Shown here one piece after another: positions 1 to 6,009 of a DNA stretch of 6,009 bases. Made by a program: the position numbers and the translations under genes. The notes under the pieces were generated by a model. It ran no database searches. It saw only the letters and a list, made by a program, of their open reading frames with translations, and was not told where the DNA came from. The stretch is from contig NW_021829495.1 in assembly GCF_006345805.1 (NCBI RefSeq), positions 1 to 6,009 on the forward strand, read 5' to 3'. Position 1 is the first letter of the stretch; every line of letters starts with the position of its first letter. The stretch comes from Octopus sinensis (Eukaryota).

Positions 1-23
1 ATCCCCTTGTGGGCAATAAAGAA

Positions 24-73
24 ATATATATATTATATATATATCTATATATATATAGTATATATATATATAT
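24..73. repeat. (TA)n microsatellite
   Basis: Near-pure TA run with a few interruptions. Confidence 0.95.
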
Positions 74-475
74 GTAAAAAAATACAACTGGGACAAGAAC
101 GCAAAACATTTAGAAGACGATACAAAAAACACAGACGGGACATTCGAAACCGTCAATCTTCAGTCAAGAACCGGATCATCCTCGCAAATTCAGCTGATTA
201 ATCTTGAGATTGCTCCAATCTGGCCAGCCCCAGGGAAAATCTAAGCTAAGCGCATTAGATTCCTTGGAAGAAAGCTTCGAATGTATACAAAACAAAGATG
301 GAAAAACGGACGATGTTACACGAATATGAATACAAAAATACGTAAAAACAATAATGATAATAATAATAACAGCAATAGGACATCACAAACAGGCGTCTTT
401 CGACAGGACGAGTAAACTGAGCTGGCGTGTTAGGAATGTGCCTTAGGGCAGAGAGAAAAAAATGTGTGTTTCCGC

Positions 476-510
476 GACGACTGCTAGACCCGAAAGGCCA
501 GCAGTCGGTC
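476..510. other. GC-rich hairpin (8-bp perfect stem)
   Basis: CGACTGCT (478-485) is the reverse complement of AGCAGTCG (500-507). It encloses CC-GAAA-GG on the plus strand, or a UUCG loop on the minus strand. Confidence 0.6.
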
Positions 511-524
511 AGTCAGTCACATGT

Positions 525-591
525 GAGGAGAAGAGAGAGGAAAAGAGGGACAGAGGAATTAAGGAGGGCGAGAAGAGAGAGAAAAGGGGAA
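525..591. repeat. purine-rich (GA)n-like low-complexity tract
   Basis: Almost only G/A: GAGGAGAAGAGAGAGGAAAAGAGG... Confidence 0.85.
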
Positions 592-594
592 CAA

Positions 595-775
595 ATATAT
601 ATATATATATATACATATGTATCTACGTACGTATGTATGGATGGCTAGATGGATATGTGTGTGTATGTATGAGTGTGTGTACGTATATGTGTATGTGTAA
701 GTGTATGTATGTATCAATGTATGTAGGTGTGTGCGTGTTTTGATTCATAGATATGTATGCACATGTGCATGTGCA
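595..775. repeat. compound (TA)n/(TATG)n/(TG)n microsatellite
   Basis: TA run followed by degenerate TATG/TGTG repeats. Confidence 0.9.
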
Positions 776-1485
776 TTAACAACTACACTGTAAAGCCTTC
801 TTGTTCTTTTCTTTCAGTTTAACAGAGTTTCTGTTGTTCCGTGCTTACAGTTCAATTATATTTCACGTCCGGTCAGAAGGGAGCAGTTGAGATGTAAAGA
901 GAAAGGAATAACGAGTTATTGCTCTAAAAGCACAACAACACGAAGCGACAGACGTCGATGCAATGCAATGCCATTTCATACAATGTCCTATCCTAAAAAA
1001 AAAAAAATGCTCCAACAAACAGCTTGCCCTGAGGTTTTATCTCATGAAAGCCGATCGTAAGAAGAAGGTTTAATTAACAGTCGGAATACAGTAACACCGT
1101 AATGGAAACTTGAGATCATCTGAAGTTCTAGTTTGATTTTATAGTCCGGAGGCCTCCCCTCTTTTCGTACGTTTTCTAACCGCGAAAATAAATCTATTCA
1201 TCACCGCTACATAAAAGATCTCCTTCATACAATTTACGATTATCGATCTAACATTGACACTGTATTTCGATTGAGTCATTTTTTTTTATCATATAGTGAT
1301 TTCAACCACACCCCGGCTATTTCTATTTATCTATTTTTCTCCGTTTCCGTAATATTATATCCTATCTATTACTTATTATTCGCTCCTCCTCCTATTATCT
1401 TCCATCTATTTATACAGTGAATCTTACTTTTATATTACTGTTTAACGAGACAGTATTAGCAAAAATCAGAAGCCATAGTCAGCCT

Positions 1486-1529
1486 AAAAACAAAAAAAAA
1501 CAACAAAAAACCAAAAAAAAAAAAAACCA
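1486..1529. repeat. interrupted poly(A) tract
   Basis: A runs broken by single or double C. A second pure A13 run lies at 995-1007. Confidence 0.85.
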
Positions 1530-1788
1530 ATCATACTTTACTTCATCTACTAACGCCTTTGTCCAGTCAATATCTGTTGTTATTATATGATTAAACACAC
1601 AAACACAGACAGATACGCACACATATTGTCACACAGACACATATACATCACCAGCGTAACCAAATAGTCGAAAAACTCCCACACATATATTTTTCTTTAA
1701 CAAGGTCTACATAGGAGACTAAATTAGTTCCAACTTCTTATAATTCTTTGAATTGAAATAGCTGATTAAGTCTTTGGACGACTGTCTG

Positions 1789-1928
1789 ATATATAATATA
1801 ATATAATATAATATAATATAATATAATATAATATAATATGATATAATATAATATATATATATAATATAATATAATATAACATAATATAATACATGCATAT
1901 ATATATATATATAAATATATATATATAT
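1789..1928. repeat. (AATAT)n pentamer grading into (TA)n microsatellite
   Basis: ATATA-ATATA repeats from 1791, then TA runs. Confidence 0.95.
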
Positions 1929-2003
1929 CATAACGAAGGCAGCTATACGCGGTATAAAACAAAATGGAAAAATTCAATTGTCACTAATTGTGACTGAGGG
2001 TAT

Positions 2004-2175
2004 CGGGTAGTATCTATACCACATTAACATTTTGCTTATTCAGCCATAAATTCATATGCCTACCGGGTAGCACTATATCACATTTCTATTTTTTCGTTTT
2101 ATATTGCGTACAGCTACCTTCATTATCTTATAATTTTCACATTAGCATTTTGCAGAATCAGCCATTGATTCATAT
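2004..2175. repeat. degenerate ~59-bp tandem repeat (about 3 units)
   Basis: CGGGTAG..CTATA.CACATT occurs at 2004 and 2064. The 38-mers at 2020-2057 and 2138-2175 match at 32/38 positions (offset 118). Confidence 0.6.
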
Positions 2176-2179
2176 TGTA

Positions 2180-2199
2180 AATATATATATATATATATA
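2180..2199. repeat. (TA)n microsatellite
   Basis: Pure TA run. Confidence 0.9.
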
Positions 2200-2227
2200 C
2201 TGACAATCAGCAATATAGCCAAGCTAT

Positions 2228-2307
2228 CCAACGATGGGGTAGTCATTACTGATGAGGTTGTAATTTTCTGGCGAAACTAGACTAATATAGTGATCTAGCT
2301 TCATTGG
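2228..2307 (+). ncRNA. degenerate minimal type I hammerhead-like motif (Penelope-associated type), probably inactive
   Basis: ATTA(2245-48)-CTGATGA(2249-55)-G...C(2256/2272)-GAAA(2273-76)-CTAGAC-TAAT(2283-86). ATTA/TAAT form stem I in the correct register. ACTAGA is one change from the palindrome ACTAGT, and that change removes U16.1. Stem II beyond the first G-C pair is poor. Confidence 0.55.
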
Positions 2308-2422
2308 TGGGGCGGTTATCTCCCCTGGCAATATATAAAAAATATGCTTTCTTGCGTCTCCAAGGGTTTCTAGCAATATTTCAAGCAATATAACTGCTAC
2401 CTAATTAGTGACAAGTGAATTG

Positions 2423-2469
2423 ATACATACATACGTACACACACACATACATACAAACATACATACATG

Positions 2470-2500
<31 letters not shown>

Positions 2501-2505
2501 CACAC
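2423..2505. repeat. (TACA)n/(CA)n microsatellite
   Basis: ATAC and AC repeats. Confidence 0.95.
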
Positions 2506-2647
2506 GCATAAATGATGAACCACTTCCAGCCAACTTTGCTAGGCAGTTTCAGTACCACATTTTTTAGTTCAAACTGGAGTCTTAGTGGTGAACTAAACAG
2601 CCCACTCATAGTACATTCCTATTACATTATATGAATTAACGTGTTTT

Positions 2648-2715
2648 TATATATAACGCTATATATACATATATATATATACACACACATATATATACAT
2701 ACTATATATATAATA

Positions 2716-2766
<51 letters not shown>

Positions 2767-2788
2767 ATATATATATATATATTATATA
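2648..2788. repeat. (TA)n microsatellite abutting the tandem array
   Basis: TA run with CA/TG interruptions, ending directly at the first array base. Confidence 0.95.
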
Positions 2789-3043
2789 TTTCAACAATTG
2801 AGGGTAAAATTAATTAATTAATTAATCAATTTCACCAAGTATTCATATGCAAAGGGACCATTTAAGGCAAATTCAAATTATTACATTATATAAAAGGGCT
2901 TAGTAAAAAGATTACTTTGCCGCATACTGAACTCGTTAGAAATAGCAGCTAAAAAAACTATTTCCACACTTAAAGAAAACCTCTCTCATATAGTGCTTGC
3001 TCAATTCAACCCAAGAAAGTATGAGAGTAGAGACATTAAAAAA

Positions 3044-3134
3044 TCAAATGCAAAGGTTATTTGAGTACGTACGTTTCATCAAAGATTAGCCAAATTCGAC
3101 CCTTCCTCATCAGCTCAGAATGCCCTTGTGTTGA
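3044..3134 (-). ncRNA. type I hammerhead ribozyme, unit 1
   Basis: Core TCATCAG at 3107-3113 (CUGAUGA on minus) and TTTC at 3074-3077 (GAAA). Predicted cleavage between 3066 and 3065. This copy has apparent indels in stem II. Confidence 0.8.
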
Positions 3135-3597
3135 GTTTGAAAACACTGAAATGGAGCATACCCTTTCGGCTTGTTTCGCTTCTGAAGATCTGTTCCCAAC
3201 TAACAGTGCTAGCTAACTCAAATATGCAAGAGAAGATTTCTGTTCTCCCCTTTCCACCAGCGTGGGTTAAAATCAGCAAACACTACGCGCTTTTTTTCGG
3301 TAAAATCCAAGACATTAAGTAGAGAGAGATGAATTATAATTTCAACAATTGAGGGTAAAATTAATTAATTAATTAATCAATTTCACCAGTATTCAGTATG
3401 CAAAGGGACCATTTAAGGCAAATTCAAATTATTACATTATATAAAAGGGCTTAGTAAAATAAATTACTTTGCCGCATACTGAACTCGTTAGAAATAGCAG
3501 CTAAAAAAAACTATTTCCAACACTTAAAGAAAACCTCTCTCATATAGTGCTTGCTCAATTCAACCCAAGAAAGTATGAGAGTAGAGACATTAAAAAA

Positions 3598-3684
3598 TCA
3601 AATGCAAAGGTTATTTGAGTACGTACGTTTCAAGATTAGCCAAATTCGACCCTTCTCTCATCAGCTCAGAATGCCCTTGTTTGA
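3598..3684 (-). ncRNA. type I hammerhead ribozyme, unit 2
   Basis: Minus strand reads UCAAA CAAGG GC AUU C UGAG CUGAUGA GAGA AG GGUCG AAUU UGGCU AA UCUU GAA ACGUACGU A / CUCA AAU AA CCUUUG CA UUUGA. Core at 3658-3664, GAAA at 3628-3631, cleavage 3620/3619. Confidence 0.92.
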
Positions 3685-4149
3685 GTTTGAAAACACTGAA
3701 AATGGGAGCATACCCTTTCGGCTTGTTATCGCTTCTGAAGATCTGTTCCCAACTAACAGTGCTAGCTAACTCAAATATGCAAGAGAAAGATTTCTGTTCT
3801 CCCCTTTCCACCAGCGTGGTTTAAAATCAGCAAACACTACGCTTTTTTTCGGTAAAATCCAAGACAATTAAGTAGAGAGAGATGAATTATAATTCACAAC
3901 AATTGAGGGTAAAATTAATTAATTAATTAATCATTTCACCAAGTATTCAGTATGCCAAGGGACCATTTAAGGCAATTCAAATTATTACATATATAAAAGG
4001 GCTTAGTAAAATAAATTACTTTGCCGCATACTGAACTCGTTAGAAATAGCAGCTAAAAAAAACTATTTCCAACACTTAAAGAAAACCTCTCTCATATAGT
4101 GCTTGCTCAATTCAACCCAAGAAAGTATGAGGGTAGAGACATTAAAAAA

Positions 4150-4235
4150 TCAAATGCAAAGGTTATTTGAGTACGTACGTTTCAAGATTAGCCAATTCGA
4201 CCCTTCTCTCATCAGCTCAGAATGCCCTTGTTTGA
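4150..4235 (-). ncRNA. type I hammerhead ribozyme, unit 3
   Basis: Same motif. Core at 4209-4215, cleavage 4172/4171. Confidence 0.9.
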
Positions 4236-4698
4236 GTTTGAAAACCACTGAAAATGGGAGCATACCCTTTCGGCTTGTTATCGCTTCTGAAGATCTGTTC
4301 CCAACTAACAGTGCTAGCTACTCAAATTGCAAGAGAAAGATTTCTGTTCTCCCCTTTCCACCAGCGTGGGTAAAATCAGCAAACACTACGCTTTTTTTCG
4401 GTAAAATCCAAGACAATTAAGTATAGAGAGATGAATTATAATTTCACAATTGAGGGTAAAATTAATTAATTAATTAATCAATTTCACCAAGTATTCAGTA
4501 TGCAAAGGGACCATTTAAGGCAAATTCAAATTATTACATTATATAAAAGGGCTTAGTAAAATAAATTACTTTGCCGCATACTGAACTCGTTAGAAATAGC
4601 AGCTAAAAAAACTATTTCCACACACTTAAGAAAACCTCTCTCATATAGTGCTTGCTCAATTCAACCCAAGAAAGTATGAGGGTAGAGACATTAAAAAA

Positions 4699-4787
4699 TC
4701 AATGCAAGGTTATTTGAGTACGTACGTTTCAAGATTAGCCAAATTCGACCCGACCCTTCCTCATCAGCTCAGAATGCCCTTGTTTGA
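4699..4787 (-). ncRNA. type I hammerhead ribozyme, unit 4
   Basis: Same motif. Core at 4761-4767, cleavage 4719/4718. Apparent CGAC duplication in stem II. Confidence 0.85.
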
Positions 4788-5249
4788 GTTTGAAAACACT
4801 GAAAATGGGAGCATACCCTTTCGGCTTGTTATCGCTTCTGAAGATCTGTTCCCAACTAACAGTGCTAGCTAACTCAAATATGCAAGAGAAAGATTTCTGT
4901 TCTCCCCTTTCCACCAGCGTGGGTTAAAATCAGCAAACACTACGCTTTTTTTCGGTAAAATCCAAGACAATTAAGTAGAGAGAGATGAATTATAATTTCA
5001 ACAATTGAGGGTAAAATTAATTAATTAATTAATCAATTTCACCAAGTATTCAGTATGCAAAGGAACCATTTAAGGCAATTCAAATTATTACATTATATAA
5101 AAGGGCTTAGTAAAATAAATTACTTGCCGCATACTGAACTCGTTAGAAATAGCAGCTAAAAAAAACTATTTCCAACACTTAAAGAAAACCTCTCTCATAT
5201 AGTGCTTGCTCAATTCAACCCAAGAAGTATGAGGAGAGACATTAAAAAA

Positions 5250-5335
5250 TCAAATGCAAAGTTATTTGAGTACGTACGTTTCAAGATTAGCCAAATTCGA
5301 CCCTTCTCTCATCAGCTCAGAATGCCCTTGTTTGA
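5250..5335 (-). ncRNA. type I hammerhead ribozyme, unit 5
   Basis: Same motif. Core at 5309-5315, cleavage 5271/5270. Confidence 0.9.
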
Positions 5336-5580
5336 GTTTGAAAACACTGAAAATGGGAGCATACCCTTTCGGCTTGTTATCGCTTCTGAAGATCTGTTCC
5401 CAACTAACAGTGCTAGCTACTCAAATCAAATCAGAGAAAGATTTCTGTTCTCCCCTTTCCACCAGCGTAGGTTAAAATCAGCAAACACTACGCTTTTTTT
5501 CGGTAAAATCCAAGACAATTAAGTAGAGAGAGATGAATTATAATTTCAACAATGAGGGTAAAATTAATTAATTAATTAAT

Positions 5581-6009
5581 TCTCTCTCTACTTAATTGTC
5601 TTGGATTTTACCGAAAAAAAGCGTAGTGTTTGCTGATTTTAACCCACGCTGGTGGAAAGGGAGAACAGAAATCTTTCTCTTGCATATTTGAGTTAGCTAG
5701 CACTGTTAGTTGGGAACAGATCTTCAGAAGCGATAACAAGCCGAAGGGTATGCTCCCATTTTCAGTGTTTTCAAACTCAAACAAGGGCATTCTGAGCTGA
5801 TGAGAGAAGGGTCGAATTGGCTAATCTTGAAACGTACGTACTCAAATAACCTTGCATTTGATTTTTTAATGTCTCTACCCTCATACTTTCTTGGGTTGAA
5901 TTGAGCAAGCACTATATGAGAGAGGTTTTTCTTTAAGTGTTGGAAATAGTTTTTTTTTAGCTGCTATTTCTAACGAGTTCAGTATGCGGCAAAGTAATTT
6001 ATTTTACTA
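5581..6009 (+). repeat. inverted partial copy of the unit (runs off the window)
   Basis: 5581-6009 is the reverse complement of 5108-5533. The arms are separated by a 47-nt spacer (5534-5580). Confidence 0.97.
5777..5861 (+). ncRNA. type I hammerhead ribozyme, inverted copy
   Basis: TGAG(5793-96)-CTGATGA(5797-5803)-GAGA...TCTT(5804-07/5825-28)-GAAA(5829-32)-CGTACGT-A(5840)/CTCA(5841-44). Stem I extends through ATT/AAT, CAAGG/CCTTG and TCAAA/TTTGA. Confidence 0.92.

Larger units (their letters stand above)
2788..5580. repeat. tandem array of a ~553-bp unit, 5 copies + 38 bp
   Basis: Anchor GAGGGTAAAATT recurs at 2800, 3351, 3905, 4452, 5007 and 5554 (periods 551, 554, 547, 555, 547). Units start near 2788, 3339, 3892, 4441, 4995 and 5543. 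Confidence 0.98.
2788..6009 (-). mobile_element. non-autonomous hammerhead retroelement (non-LTR retrozyme / ribozyme-satellite) insertion, with inverted 5' segment
   Basis: One type I hammerhead per non-coding tandem unit, and a junction into (TA)n. The architecture matches known metazoan hammerhead repeats (newt satellite 2, Schistosoma Sm-alpha, Dolichopoda pDo500). The retroelement origin is inferred. Confidence 0.7.

Noticed and set aside
135-175. Minus-strand CTGAAGA...CGAATGTC as a hammerhead
   Set aside because: GAAT instead of GAAA, no stem II closing pair and no stem I complementarity.
7-743. ORFs 7-201, 427-648 and 462-743
   Set aside because: They are open only because they run through TA, GA and TG microsatellites (YI, RE, VC/MY repeats). 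No recognisable domain.
1719-1977. Minus-strand ORFs 1719-1931 and 1738-1977
   Set aside because: Translations of the (AATAT)n and (TA)n tracts.
2397-2609. Minus-strand ORF with KNVVLKLPSKVG, faintly like a Penelope RT C-terminal linker motif
   Set aside because: Only about 34 non-repetitive residues before a CA/TG microsatellite. The resemblance is too short to support a call.
2810-2825. TTAA repeats as piggyBac target-site duplications
   Set aside because: The (TTAA)4 tract is internal to every unit and has no adjoining terminal inverted repeats.
3735-3765. Plus-strand CTGAAGA followed by a CTGTT/AACAG hairpin as an opposite-polarity hammerhead (viroid-like ambisense)
   Set aside because: The hairpin is followed by TGCTAGC, not GAAA, so the second half of the catalytic core is missing.
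2788-5580. CRISPR array, Helitron tandem, or telomeric repeat
   Set aside because: There are no unique spacers, no 3' hairpin plus CTRR terminus or TC start at the junction, and no short G-rich telomere motif.
3128-5912. The recurrent 60-106 aa ORFs in the array as genes
   Set aside because: Start, stop and frame change from copy to copy with indels, most use non-ATG starts, the consensus has stops in all frames, and no family is recognised.

Overview
A non-coding, AT-rich, microsatellite-dense stretch that looks like animal genomic DNA (host type is inference; no credible protein-coding gene). Positions 1-2787 are simple repeats and decayed fragments, including a degenerate hammerhead-like motif at 2228-2307 (+). 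From 2788 there are 5 head-to-tail copies of a ~553-bp unit plus 38 bp, then an inverted copy from 5581 to the window end. The main result is that every unit carries a complete type I hammerhead ribozyme on the minus strand (plus strand in the inverted copy). It has the CUGAUGA and GAAA cores, an extended stem I, stem II, a palindromic stem III (ACGUACGU) and a GUA cleavage triplet. This fits a non-LTR retrozyme or ribozyme-satellite: a concatemeric cDNA of a ~553-nt self-cleaving, probably circular RNA inserted into a (TA)n tract, with an inversion at its 5' side. Caveat: copies differ almost only by small indels, as in a noisy long read, so copy number and the inversion could be amplification or sequencing artefacts. 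The ribozyme call does not depend on that.
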